The translations under genes were made by a program, and so were the position numbers. A stretch of DNA of 64,000 nucleotides from Anthoceros angustus (Eukaryota; Plantae; Anthocerotophyta), in the NCBI GenBank assembly GCA_010909165.1, contig VJWM01000186.1, positions 62,001 to 126,000 on the forward strand, read 5' to 3'. How positions within the stretch are numbered: position 1 is the first letter of the stretch; every line of letters starts with the position of its first letter. The notes under the pieces were generated by a model. It saw nothing but the letters and a program-made list of their open reading frames with translations. It did not search any database and was not told the DNA's origin. Below, in pieces: positions 49,340-62,130 of the stretch.

Positions 49340-52300
49340 ATGCCTCCCTGATCGATCAAAGTCTTGTTGTCTTGGTGCGGTTTTGTTCACGTGGTTAGAA
49401 GGATGACCAAGGGTATATAATTTTCCTATGCACTTTGAAGACCAAACAGCTTCTCAAGCCTGACCCCAAGGCCGTCCGAGTATACTCAGTTGCGATCCGG
49501 ACTTTTGACACAGTGTCTTGCCAGCCGGAAAGTGTCCGCGAGGAATTGTTGCAGGGGTTGCGTAACAATGATGGACACAAAGTGTTGCACCAAATTTGCT
49601 TAGAAGGAATCAGGCAAACTGTTGGTTTGGGTGTGTCTAGTTCAAGAGTGAACCCAAGGGTCGGTGGCGAGTGGGAGGATCCGGGGCCGGGTTCCTCAAC
49701 AGCGCCGGTCCCATCATCGTCGAAGCAACCAAGCATTGCATCTGGAAGGAACCCAGACATCCGCCGAGAAACAAGTAAAGAGAAGTAAATAGAATAGGTT
49801 AAGGGTAGTTTTATAATCAATTTCTAAACTATAATTGAATGTCCTGAATATGACTTGAACATGCACAAAGGTAATTTAAGTGTTTTTTATTCTCCTCTCG
49901 TGTTTGCTAGTGGAGTCTAGTCGCGCTGCCGCAATCCACATTATCTTTATGGTACCTGTGGAACGCAAAAGTTTGGGCAACTAGCTTAAATGAGTTCGTT
50001 TGAAACAGCCCACTCTTTTTGCTAGAAATGGTTTGGTGAAGACATGCAAGGAAATTTTTGCTCCTTTTGAGCGGGAGTTGTAGGACCATGTCGGAAGGCA
50101 GAGGATATGCAGGAAAAGAAACGGGTCAAAACGACCTCGGTGAGGAGAAAAGGTAACCTACATGAGTGGTAGGAGGTGTCCTACCACCGTAGGAGAAACT
50201 CCTACCATGGTAGACGAGGGTAGGAGAGATCCTACCACCGTAGGAGGAACCGCCACTGTTTTGATCACCTACCGTAGGAATAGCTCCTACCATGGTAGGA
50301 GAGGGTAGGAAGGTATCCTCACCGAGTGACTCCCGTGGTAGGAGAAAGGGAAAACCACCATGGTAGGAGGATGTCCTACCACGGTAGGAGATAGGTTTCT
50401 AAGGAAGGTAGCTTATGTTTTAGGATATAGGCTTGCTATATATAGAGTCTTTTAGTGGACTAGATAAATAGGCCAAAATAGGTAATTAAGAAATTAGAGG
50501 CTAATTTTCAATTAGAAATTAGAAAATAGGGAAATGGTATTTTAGTATAAGGAATTAGGAAACTAACATCAATGGTGAGAAAGGGGCCACGTGGCACACA
50601 TCCAAGGGCAGGATAGAATGGTAGTTACTTTTCTAACCCTTGGGTGACTTATAAAAGTGGTCGCACTGCAGGAGGCCACAACTCGAAACTTGAGAGAGAC
50701 GGCCTCACAGCAGAAGGCGCCGCCACACCTCAAGCCCAAGGCCCCCATACAGCAACGCGCACGCCGTGTTGAGGAGGAGAAGGGCGCAAGCTCAACAAGA
50801 GGAGCACGCGCCCAAGAGAGGAAGAAGGAGGAAAAGAGAAGAAGAGAAGGAGAAGAAGGTTGGGGCGCCCAACACTTGCCAAGCTCGTGAGGGTGCCTAG
50901 GAGGGTGGAGCGTGGCAAGATTGCTAGGAAACCGTGCAGGAAGGGCTCCTAAATTGCTGTGGCGGTGTAAGAGTCCGTGGGGAATTTTGTGAGCTTTCTC
51001 AGGAGAAATCGGGGTTTTGAGGGCGCCAAGGTGTAAGGACTGCAGGAGGAGGAGGCAAGGACCTTTGAGCTGTGAGCAAGAGCAAATCGAGGAGGAGAAA
51101 CGCGTTTGCAAGGATAAGAAGTGGCGGCAGGAATTGAGAGGCATCACTTTTCTTCAATTTCGCAAGTACTAACCAAGGAGGCCATGACCAAGCCTACCAT
51201 GACCAAGGGCAAGGAGGTAGCTAAGGAAGGAGCGTCCACCAAGGAGGTGGCGCAGGAGCGCAAGAGGTCTAAGGCGGGAGGATCGGACCGGAGGTGGAAA
51301 TTTGACATGCCCTTTTACGTGCTATGCAGGCCAGCTATCCTCTAGAGACCTTTCGGACTTTCGACCTTGGGCAGCAGAGGAGAATATTCAGCTAGAGTGG
51401 GTGTATGGGCGACATTGGTCTTACACCAACCTTGAATTGATAGAGAGTGTTTTGCTAATGCAGACGGAAGAGGAATTGGCTACCGGATAGAACGCAGACG
51501 GATCCACGGTGTTGGATGTAAGGAGCACGCCGGTATATGGCGGTAGGATAGCGAGGATAGCGGAATCACGTTGATGGAAGGAACGAGTGGAGGCAAGCGT
51601 GCATCAACGGCGGATCTTCCCAAGGGAGCCCTTACCCTTATGCAAGGGGCATGAAGGCTAAGTCTAAGAACGGTTGGTGGGGACCAAATCTTGGAGCCCA
51701 AGTGGAGATTGTTCACAAGAATTGTTTTGGGCTTGGTGAGCAATCCAAGGGTGTCATATTTCAGCACTACCTTCCTCCATTTTCTATGGAAGATCACTCA
51801 AGGAGCGAGCCGGATTGGGGCTCATCATGTATGAAGCATACACCTACCACCGGAAAGTTGCGAAACCAACGCGTCGGATGAAGACAGTCAAGGCCATGCT
51901 ATCTTAGCACTTATCTAGTGCATTTGTGGGAAGTAGAGGGCTACTCACAAGTAAGGAGTTGGATGATTCCAAGCATCCCTTTAACATGTGTACTTACAGA
52001 GAGGGGGAGTGCTTGGTGCTTTGCTAAAGGAGGTGCCGGCACCACAGGACATTATTCGGAAGGAATCCTCCGAAAGATAGGCCGGAGGATGCAGGAGGAC
52101 TTGCAAGGAGAAGTTGTAGGGGATTTGAAGTTTGGACCGGAGGATGCGGAGATGGAAGGTAGGATAGATCCTACCATGGCAGAATCCCTGCGAGGTGGGA
52201 GGTGTTCCCACGGTGGTTTGGGACCCCTTCGTCCTCTCATGACAAGGCCTACGGTGGGGTAGTCCTACCACGGTAGGGAAGTAGTCCTACGGTGGTAGGA

Positions 52301-54247
52301 GCACCTCCTACCACGGTAGGAGGGAAAGGAAGTCACGGTTTGGAAGCTCCCAAGCGGGAGATAAGAAGGCAACCGGCCCGTTAGGTGGGCGAGCGGATGG
52401 AGTCACGGTGGGAGGAGTTGCCCCACCAAGTGATGAGCGGGGAGCTCATCATAGGGAAGCAAGGGATGTAAGATCCCATGAGCAAGGCAAAGGCCTTGAG
52501 TCTCCCGGAGGTAAGAAAGGAGACTTGGACATGTTGGAGGAGATGCTGCGCATAGGGGAGATGTTCAGCAAGGTAGACATAGGAGCCGCCAAGAGGAGAG
52601 TTGAATTCTTGAAGACGGAGGCGGAGAAGACAAGGACCTACCAAGCAAGGGAAATTGCGGTAGGCGAGCGGAAACCCAATGGGGAGGATGTTATGAGGAT
52701 GGAAGCTCAAGTGGAGCACTTGGAAAGAGTCTTGAAACAAGGCTAGGAAACAAACCATCATATCGGAGAACAAGGCTCTTACCAAGCAATTGGCAGCTCG
52801 AGAGGAGAAGGTGGAGCAACTTGCTCACATGGTGCGCACATGGGAAAAGAAGGCGGAAGACAAGCAAGTGCTGCTAATGGAGGAAAGGTCAAGACGAGAG
52901 CAATCTGCAGCAAATGAGGACACAAAGGCAAGTAGGCGCACATGAGCGGGTCATAGCCACACAGTGAAGATTAGTGACATGGAAAAGGAGGAGAATCACG
53001 GCTGGAATTGAAGGAAGAAGAGCTGGAAGAACGGACACATTTTGTCCAAAGATTGGAAATGGAACGAGAAGTCCGGAGAGTGCACAACTCCCTAGGAGGA
53101 TAGGGGAGTTGGAGGAAGAAATGGCAAAGGAGAAAGGCCGTCATGAGGCGGTGCAAAGCATATGTTGGCGGTGAGGGAGGAGATTTCGGTGATTATGCCT
53201 ACAAGAGATTGATCCAAGCAGAATGAGAGGACGGAGAATGTGGCTCTCCATGTCAAGACCGGTGAGCTGGCCTTGAGCGAGATGCTTACAAAAGCAAGTG
53301 TGAGCATGGAGTATGGCTTGAGGATTATGAAGAATTGGAGATGGCACAACAACGATTTGCAGCCCATCTTCACAACAAGGTGCTCAAGGCCACTAACGAG
53401 TTGTTGCGACTTCGAGGAGGAGGATGTTGGGACCTCATGACGATGATAGGGAGGCCCTCATGCAAGTCCAACCGGAAGCCTTAGACTTGGAGAGTGTCCC
53501 AAGCAACAGGGGTGAAGAAACTTCGCACCAGGGAGAAGCAAGTGAAGCGGGAGAAGCTGCACAGGTGGAGAGAATCACCCCAGGAAGGGGTAAGGAAGAA
53601 GAAACGACCCCGGTAGGAACTCCTACCGTGGTAGGAGGAGTTCCTACCGTGGTAGGAGGGACTCCTACCGTGGTAGGAGAAGGTCCTACCATGGTAGGAG
53701 GGCCGGAAGAAGCAGCGGATTCAAAGGCTGCTAGCATGGATTTGACGGCAAAGGCGAGTACCTTGGCCCTTGCAGAAAGAAGGAAGAGGGGTTGATCTTG
53801 GTGAATGGAGCAAGAATCACAAGGAGAAGACCAACCTCCTAACATGGGTGCAGGAGCAAGGAGCTCACTTGCTCCACAAGTGAGAGGAAGAGGAGAAGGC
53901 GAGGATGAGCCGGTGGCTAAGAGAGCCCGGCTATTTTATTGGAGGAAGGAACTCAAGATAGGCATCAAGATAAGGAAGGGATTCATAAGAAGTCCTTAAA
54001 TTAGCTTGAAGACATGGGGCAAGATGCCACTTGGGAAGACTTTTCTTTAGAGGAGGAGCATTAATGCTTGTCACCCAGAGAGTGTGTTGACTAGCTAGAT
54101 AGGAATGTTGACAGAGCCATTAAGGCTCACATAGGTGAATTTGCTAGAATAGAATTTTACCCAAGATGCTTGGATGTCGAACTTAAAGTCCGACAATAGG
54201 ATACACTAAAATAAGGAGGAGTGCAGGCGGGGCGCGCCAGGGGAGGC
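49340..54247 (+). mobile_element. Athila-like retrotransposon internal accessory region lacking gag-pol; degenerate ORFs at ~51180-52260, a coiled-coil region at ~52400-53400 and an ORF at 53424-53795; ends in PPT AGGGGAGG (54239-54246)
   Basis: Lies between two LTR copies. Purine tract immediately precedes the LTR. Fragmented E/K-rich frames. No RT or integrase motifs found. Confidence 0.65.
50180..53698. repeat. Three clusters of the palindromic 14-mer CCTACC-NN-GGTAGG (50180-50388, ~52230-52320, 53622-53698)
   Basis: Examples: cctaccacggtagg at 50375, 52264 and 52307; 21-bp-period run at 53622, 53643, 53664 and 53685, encoding PTVVG repeats. Confidence 0.9.
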
Positions 54248-55126
54248 TGTGTGAGGACCTCCCTATAAAAGGAGGGAGCTTGTGAAGTAAAATTATCGTG
54301 TCTTGCGCTCCCATCCTCCCGAGTCCTTCACTTTGTGCTGAATTTCGTTGCAAGCCAACGCAGTCTGGTAGAGAGGAGAACGCGCGGTCGGAGTCGGGTG
54401 GAGGGCTTGCTCTTTGCAGCGCCCCCTCCCTTGTGAATGGTTCTTGTGAATTGTTTTGCTTTGAGTGTGTGGCGATGCTCAAGGAACTCTCGGCTTGAGG
54501 GTAGACAGGAAAGACTCCTGGAGGTTCTCTGTCCGTGCAAACCACATAGCAACCGCCCAAGGAAGAACTCGTTAATTTCCGGACGGACCCAGGCAGCCGT
54601 AAGGGCGAGTTGGAATTAATGAGCCAGCAATTGGTGTTAGAGTAGGAGATTGTGGAGGAAGGAAGGGTAGATGAGTAGAGAAGAAGAGGCGTTGTTGATT
54701 GAGAGAGTTGTGAGGAGGATTAGAGTGTAGGAAAACAGGCCACAGCGAGCCTAAGGACGAATCCCTGCAAGTAAGGGCGCTCCTGTGGAGAAGAGTGTCT
54801 TAGGAGTAGGGACGGTTGCGGTGTGGGTCGGGGGTCCCCGGCGCCCGTGATAGACACCTTCGTTAAGACGAACTGCAATTGTGTGGTGTCGTTGTAGGTT
54901 GAGGTTTGGTGAGTTTACGAGCGATGCGGCGCTGCTGTAGAGGAGCGTGAGAGGGCGCCTTGCTTGTTTAGAAGGCTGAGGTAGTGTGTAGCTGCAGTGG
55001 TGTGATTCTCAAGATCGACTGTTCCCCAAGTCTCATGGGACGAAACCCAACGTACGAAACGACAGTGGGATAAGTGTGGCCGCTAGAGGGGGAATCTCGG
55101 GAGTGCCCCGGGGTTTTCCTCCCACA
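54248..55126 (+). mobile_element. Complete LTR (879 bp) of an Athila-like Ty3/Gypsy family
   Basis: Termini TGTGTGAGG...CCTCCCACA (8/9 inverted match). TATA-like CTATAAAAG near 54263. Preceded by a PPT and followed by a PBS. Confidence 0.85.
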
Positions 55127-55130
55127 TTTT

Positions 55131-55148
55131 TGGCGCCGTTGCCGGGGA
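55131..55148 (+). promoter_or_regulatory. Primer-binding site complementary to the tRNA-Asp 3' end (TGGCGCCGTTGCCGGGGA)
   Basis: Located after a short T spacer following the LTR's terminal CA; this PBS is characteristic of Athila elements. Confidence 0.9.
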
Positions 55149-56862
55149 CTTGTGGCTGAACAGCTGAAATTTTGAGATTTTCGTTGCTAGCTTGCAGTAT
55201 GAGCTGAGAGGATCTTGTAAGGAGGTGGAGCGGGGGTCTAGGAAGAGGCCTACACGTCCTGGAACCCGTGCGTTGTGAAGGAGGAGCTCCACGCCTCCTG
55301 AATGGTGTGATTTTTGTGTTCCTGCAGCAAGAATGGCGCATGGCAGGAGTTGGCTGATTTTTCTTTAACAACCGTGTTTTGGAGGCTATGAGGATGCTTG
55401 GATGTCTAGCGGAGGGAGGGGAGAGGAGAAAACCAGGAGGTCACCCCACACTATCGCAAGAGATCTAAGAGCTGCAAGAAGAAATCAATGGAGGGAGGAA
55501 AACGCAGTGGTGGTTGCAGCGGCTCCGGAGGAGGAAGAGCTAAGGGCGCTTGAGGAGGCCGTTTTGCCCTTGCCTACAAGGGGAGCCAAGTGATCCAGCG
55601 GCGCTCGGAGAAGGGGACGAAATCACCACAGTGAAACAAAGGAGGTGGTTGAAGAGGAGTTGGTGTGAAGAGGAAAGCGAGGAAGCACCATTTGAGCACG
55701 ATTCAAGTTCAGCTACCAGCACGGGCCTTCTCAACGCTGGACCTTCGAGTGGTGGATCTAGCTCAACTCCAAGCAAGAAGTGAAGGAGGGTGGCGGTGAA
55801 TTTCGGGCATGGTCAAGATCTTGCGGCGCCTTGATAGAATCACGCTCAGCTCAGCCTTGGGACGACACCTAGGGGAGACACCATCCCACAACGTCCCCAA
55901 TCTTTTGTGCAGGACACCCTTTCTGCAGAGAACTTTGGTTGGAGAATTTACTCAGGAGAGGAAGGGAGTGTGAGTTCGCCTAGCTCATTTGGACCAAGCA
56001 ACATGAGTGGAACAGGAGTAGGAGGGGGATTTTCTGTTTGGATAGTTGTGTGTTGAGGGGGTGTGAGCGTGCTTGCAGAAGTCTAGTCGGGGAGGGGAGG
56101 AAGTAATTTTCGTGTAGGAGTTGAGAGGAGATCACCCCGTCTTTGTCTCAAGGGATTGTGGTGAATGGAGAAATCATGTGTGAAGAAAGCTTAGTTGCCT
56201 GCATGTGCAAGAAGAAGCGGAGGAGAGAGCTCTTGGGAGGAAGCTACATGTGCTAACATCTTCAAGGGTTCCGTTGAGGAAGAAGAGGCAGTTGTCTAAG
56301 AGCAGGAGGAGGTTGTGCTCACGGACAGCGAGAGGAAGGAGGTTGTTGCCGAGGAGTTGCTGATCAAGGGTGAGGGTCAAGATGAAATCGCAGTCAACGT
56401 GTCATCTCTGTTTACTGCTGATGCATGCTGGTCAGGGTTGTGGATCCTAGGCGGTCCGAAGCAACGAGCGGTGGTAGGAGAAGCCACAATCAGTGGGGCA
56501 GGTGCTATGTGGCAAATCATCAGGGTGGCCGCGGCACCAAGCACTTAGGCACAAGTGTGAGGAGTGGAACGGATGTGATTTGTTTGGAAGAGATGCAGCA
56601 ATGACACGCATAAATTCCTAACGCGCGAGTCGGAATAACGATTGAGGCCAAGCCACTCTCAACACTGGCAGAATTGGGGTAGATCATGCTGGGTGTGAAG
56701 CTTGCTGCTCGTCTTGCAAAAGCCGGCTGTGTGTCACTCACCTTCAGAAAGCCAGCCGGGGTCAGCGTCGTGATTTGGTGAGCACTGAAGGTACAAAGTC
56801 ATCACAATTTTGTGGGCGTCCAAGCAGTAGTTCACTCATCAATCTGGTATAGGACCACTAAC

Positions 56863-57738
56863 ATGGATCTGGAAGCGGACCAAACTTGCAAGTCATGTTT
56901 CCGCGGGATGAACACCAGTGTTCCACAGTTTCCTGACAGACCTTGGGAAGACAAGTGGAAGACACCTTTGGTGAGGAAATATCAACCTGGCAAGCTCGAG
57001 CGGCCTGAGATATTTCTGGAATTACAAGCATTTCTACTGTATGTGGAATCACATCATGAAACCTGTAGTATTGAAAATTTTTCTTATGATCATCGAGACC
57101 TTTTTGAGTTGGCAGGCAGGGGCATGAGCAGACAAAGCTTCGTGTGGACCATTCATTGTGAAGGAGCATTTCGAAAGCTGGAGCATCATCTGTTTATGCA
57201 TTAGGTGTTTGATCACTGGCCCAAAGAAGGGTTTCTAGTTTACAGACATAAGGAGAAACCAGCTGATTTACGAAGTTTGAAAGTTTGGCTCAGTCACTTA
57301 CATGGAGAAAAGGCAGGTCGTTTTGCCATAGGGTATCCAAGAGCCTTCTATAGGGTGTTTGCTTGTTTGCACATAGGAGTCTTGGAGTGGGATGAGGCCA
57401 CTTTGGAATGTTGGTACTTGCTCAATAACACTGTGGGGGATTTTCTCAGGGCTCAGTGCATAGAGAAGCAATATTATGTGAATGGTTTGAACGGCCCACA
57501 GCTGCCCAGAGTGAAAACTGAGCTTGACAGTGATGAAGAAGAGGAGCTGATGGCTCGACATCGAGCAAAGGAGCAAGCACGACTGGGCAAAGCGCAAGTG
57601 GATGAATACTTTGACCCAGAGGATCGACGTGTGGCCGCTCTCTTGGCCACAGGGAGAACAGAGCATGACAAACCATCTGAACCGCAGCTCAAGGACAACA
57701 TGTTCATGAGGTTTTACCGAAGATTCTACGGCATCTGA
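56863..57738 (+). pseudogene. Unidentified ~290-codon reading frame with a single in-frame TAG (57202-57204)
   Basis: ORFs 56812-57204 and 57205-57738 are contiguous in the same frame, with no frameshifts. No recognised domain. Lies downstream of the LTR/PBS, so it is probably a TE accessory ORF. Confidence 0.45.
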
Positions 57739-58254
57739 GTGTCCAAAGTGGTGCTTCAATCTGGACAGTGTGATTTCTTGTAGCTCCAACCTTGGCAGGG
57801 GGGCCATTTGCAGTTGTCATTTGCAAGTGTCATTGTGGTTTAATTAGTCGTGATTGTGATTTACATGAGGTCCGTGAACACATGATTAGATCGCATAACA
57901 ATCATTATGGTAGGGTAGCATGAGTGCCTATGACCGCTATGCGGCTATGGCGCAACACAGGCCGAATGGTTGTTTGGGAACCTAGGGCTTGTTTGAGAAT
58001 GTGTTTTCTTGGGAGAAGCATACTCTTGATTCTTCCCTAAAATATACATTAAATTTGGATAAAATGTAACTTGAGAGTAAGAAGCCTTGCATGAGAGGCA
58101 TGCAGCCCTGGATCTAATTAGTAAGTTGTAAGTAGTGGTGTTAAGATTTAGCTTAGGGCTTAAGGAAGAAAGTCTGCTTTAAGCAGTTACTTTGGAAATG
58201 ATGTAAGCCTCCCAATAAAAGGAGATGAGGCTAGCCCTAGAGCAAGATCCTATG

Positions 58255-58450
58255 ATCCTAGCAGTTGGGAGCTATACTCGTGAGGATAGGACTTTGGAGC
58301 CTCCCAACTCGTGAGGATAGGACTTTGGAGCCTAGAGGCCTTGGGAGCCTGGAGTGTGACCATGTCTAGAACGATCCTAGTACTTGGGAGCTTCACTTTT
58401 GGGGGGATGGGACTTTGGTGCCTAGAGGCCTTGGGAGCCTAGAGTGTGAG
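58255..58450. repeat. Degenerate tandem repeats (GGGACTTTGG.GCCTAGAGGCCTTGGGAGCCT; CTCGTGAGGATAGGGACTTTGGAGCC)
   Basis: ctcgtgaggatagggactttggagcc occurs twice; ctagaggccttgggagcct occurs twice. Confidence 0.8.
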
Positions 58451-58842
58451 TATTCTTCTTGTTCACTCTTGCTGGAATAAACAGCGGTGTTGGTGATGTT
58501 TCTTTTATTGCTAACTGCGTGACTGCCCCGTCTCGCTGAAAAGGGGGTGTTACTTTGAGCTTAATTTTTCTAGAATATAATTGTGCCGGCACTGAACTAT
58601 CCTTCGAGGTATCGTATAACATGATACAAAACAACATGCAGTTTCTACACTTTTTCTGGTTTTACATTTATTATGAATCTTAAACGAGAATTAGAGAATT
58701 ATGAACGCAGGTTACTTGAGGCACGAACTTATCGCGCAGCAAGCCGACCATCAATACACTGTAAACTGGAAATCATAGTCACGTGGAAGGCGGTTAATCT
58801 GAAAGAGCCACCAAGAAAAACTTCACACTCGAATCGCGTACT

Positions 58843-61291
58843 TCAAATTCCGTACTGTTGCAGGTTGACGAGCTTGCTGTATGCACCTCCTTGCCTTGCA
58901 AGAAGATCCCGATGACTCCCTTGTTCAACAATGATTCCCTCCTGCACAACTGCGATCATATTTGCATTCCGGACGGTAGACAGTCGGTGAGCAATTACAA
59001 CGGTTGTCCGACCCTGCATAAGCCTATCCAATGCCTCCTGAACTACTTTCTCTGACTCTGCATCCAGGGCACTTGTTGCCTCATCAAGCAGCAATATTGC
59101 AGGATTCTTCAGAACAGCTCTGGCAATAGCAACTCTCTGCTTCTGGCCTCCTGAGAGCTGCACTCCTCTCTCTCCAACCTCTGTTCCATATCCATCTGGG
59201 AGCCCACTGATAAAAGTATGGGCATTCGCTGCTTTGGCTGCTTCCATTATCTCAGACTCTGATGCGGATTCCTTCCCATAAAGTACATTCTCACGAATGG
59301 TGGTTGCAAACAGGGCTGGCTCTTGCTGTACCAGGGCCATGTACTTCCTCAATGATCTAAGATTCAACTTCCTGATGTCTTTGCCATCCACCATGACTCG
59401 TCCAGAAATAGGGTCATAAAATCTTTGTATTAAAGCTATGACAGAGCTCTTCCCAGAACCACTAGTGCCAACCAGTGCAAGGCTTCGCCCTGAAGGTATT
59501 TTTAGACTCAAAGTTCTGGTCTTTTCACCAGCTCTCTCCCTTTCCACCATCTCTCCCTGTGGATCATCTGCATCGATCTCTGTTCTCCGATCCAAAACAG
59601 AAAATACTGATTTTATAGCTTGACCCCCTTTCACAAGATCAGGTGTTAGTGAAAGGGTTTCTGCCACAGCAAACGCAGACATAATAAGCACCATAAACAC
59701 CTTTATAACGTCACCAAAATTGGCCAGATGCTGCTTCACTAGCGTGCCGCCATACCATAGTGCAAGCCCATACGAGCTGAAAGCAAAAAGTTGGGATATC
59801 CCATAAAGAATCCCAGAAACCTGGCCCCGCACAAAACTGCTCCTCATGGGACCATCCAATTCAGACTCAAATAGATCTAGTACCCTAGCTTGTGCATTGA
59901 AGGCAGCAACAGTTCGGATATTAATGACGGCCTCAGCAGCAACCATTGTGGCATTTGCGTGTGCTTCTCCAATATCTCCAGCAAACCCCTTCAGAAACAT
60001 GTTCTGCAAGGACACATGGAGAACAGTCCAGTAAAGTGATGACAAAATCACAGCATATAGTAGAAAGGGCTGGCAGGTGAGGCATGCACCTCAGCAAAAG
60101 CAGCAGCAACAAGAAGTGGAAATGTTGCCAGAACCACCAGAGCCATCCTCCACTGAAGCACCAGTCCGATTGTTATAGTGGCAATAAGCAAAGAAGAGTT
60201 TTGCACTATGACTGAGATTCTATCTCCAATAGCCGCTTTGACATTCGTAGCATCAGCGACCAGCCGAGCTGATATTTGGGTACTTGTGTTGCCCTCCTTG
60301 TCAAACCAGCTGACCTCATTCCTTAATATAGCTGCAACAGCCAATCAAAACTTAGACAACTTGCTGCTAACTCCCTACTTTGATAATAATCCTGAAAAAT
60401 ACAAAAGCAGTTGTACCTGCAAACATCATTTCCCGGACTCGGGTGGTCAGACTTCCACCCATTATTCCAAAGAATGACTGCTGCATGGTATGAGAAATTA
60501 AGGCAACAGCACTTAATCCGCAAAATATATATGCATAATTGTTCACCTCCCTTTTCATTCTGTGCAAATTTGTCTCGTAATAGGTCTGCAACACTGAGCT
60601 GATTATCAGTGCAAAGACAGGATTCAACACCCCACTCAGAATGGAGCCCACAGCACCAAGAACACCGAAGTGCCATTCAGGAAGGTTAAGCTTGGCCAGT
60701 CTCCAGTATGATGCTTTGGGCGCAATGATTACACCTTGGGCATCTGGGACATTTCTGAAACTTCCATCTGATCCCACACTAGACTGGTGACTTAATCTCC
60801 TTCCCGACCTAGAGGAACCACCCCTAGACAACCTGCACAAGAAGAAAACATAATTAGAACAACTCTTCAGGCAGGACCACATGAGAGATCGCTGTCAAGC
60901 AAAGCTGATTCTAGAGATACCTCGAGTCTCGACTAATTGATGAATCTTTTGCTTTTGCCATCTTTTCCTGCATGTCAACAAGAGCAGCATATGCGCCAGC
61001 CTCACCCTTCTGAAGCAGCTCAACATGAGAGCCCATTTCTAATATGCTGCCATTTTGTACAACAGCAATGGTATCAGCTTTATGTACAGTGGAGAGCCTA
61101 TGGGCAACAATGATTGTTGTCCTGCCTACCATAAGTGCATCAAGGGCATCCTGCACATCTTTTTCTGCACTAGCATCAAGGGCACTGGTAGCTTCGTCCA
61201 ACAAGAGGATAGCAGGATTCCTCAACATAGCTCGGGAGATAGCTACCCGCTGCTTCTGACCCCCAGAAAGTTGGCTCCCTCTGTCACCCAC
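58843..61291 (-). CDS. ABCB: 3' half of a full-size ABCB (MDR/PGP) transporter, ABCB19/ABCB1/2-like (exons 61291-60921, 60832-60417, 60331-60090, 60003-58843)
   Basis: NBD1 end ([43 protein letters not shown]), linker, TMD2 ([45 protein letters not shown]), NBD2 ([31 protein letters not shown]). GT-AG junctions preserve frame. Upstream exons not in the window. Confidence 0.95.
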
Positions 61292-61349
61292 CTGCAGCAC
61301 AGAAGTCTTGGTGATGTTTACGCCTCCTCCGACCTTCGCTGAAGAAGTC

Positions 61350-62130
61350 ATGTCAATGTGTGATTACCATCCACCTCACTCCTTTTGTCGGTTCCCTTGA
61401 TGGCCAAGCCACTATCATCCCCGCCAAAACAAATTGTTTGTTGTCGGGGAGGGTACAAAGTCACTAAATGCTCTCCACCAGTATGACTTGTAGCCCCGAT
61501 CTAAAAACCACATCTCAGATGGAGGAAAGACACACAGCTAAAATAGAAGGTGGTTAGGTAGGAGGACTCTCCAGGAGGTGATTCCCTACGTGGCTCACCT
61601 GCCTTCTTCTTCCTACAATCCTTCTCGAAATGACCAGGTATTTTACACCAGTTACATGTAAATGTCTTCCTCTGCAAGTTGGGCTGCTTAGCCGCCATTG
61701 AAGAGCCTCTGCCACGTCCACTTCCACGAAAGGCTCCGCCTCTCCCTCTGGAGGAGTATAACACTCTAGTGTTGTTAGGTGTAGATGCCTTATTCTTCTG
61801 TAGGCCTCGTTGTCGCTCCTCAGAAAGTAAGGCACCGAAGACCTCTTCCAATGTGAAGGCTGATGGTTGACCTGCTGCAGTGACTGTCCTCTTTACTTAT
61901 GGCACTCATGAGCTGATAAAATGCTTATAGCTCTGGCAAGGTTGCGGTAGGCCCATGACATGTTTGATGAGTGTTGTGCCACAATATGCAAGATCCGCTC
62001 GCTTAGTGCGAAACTTGTTGATATAAGATTCAACCGTATCATTCTCCTTCATGCGCATAGTGAAGAAGTCCCTAAAGGCGTGGATGAGTGATGCTGGGCT
62101 CCTGTCCTTGTAAATCAACATGTGGACCAT
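61350..62130 (-). mobile_element. Ty1/Copia gag-protease remnant
   Basis: UBN2-like LIHAFRDFFTMRMKENDTVESYINKF; ALLSEERQR; zinc knuckle CNWCKIPGHFEKDC (CX2CX4HX4C); degenerate protease FLD(S)GATSH near 61500. Confidence 0.88.

Noticed and set aside
57202-57210. Programmed stop-codon readthrough
   Set aside because: The context TAG-GTG lacks the CARYYA readthrough signal; a simple nonsense mutation is more parsimonious.
58535-58560. PPT-like GAAAAGGGGG followed by TGTTAC as the start of a 3' LTR
   Set aside because: The following sequence does not match the LTR at 54248 or any other repeat in the window.
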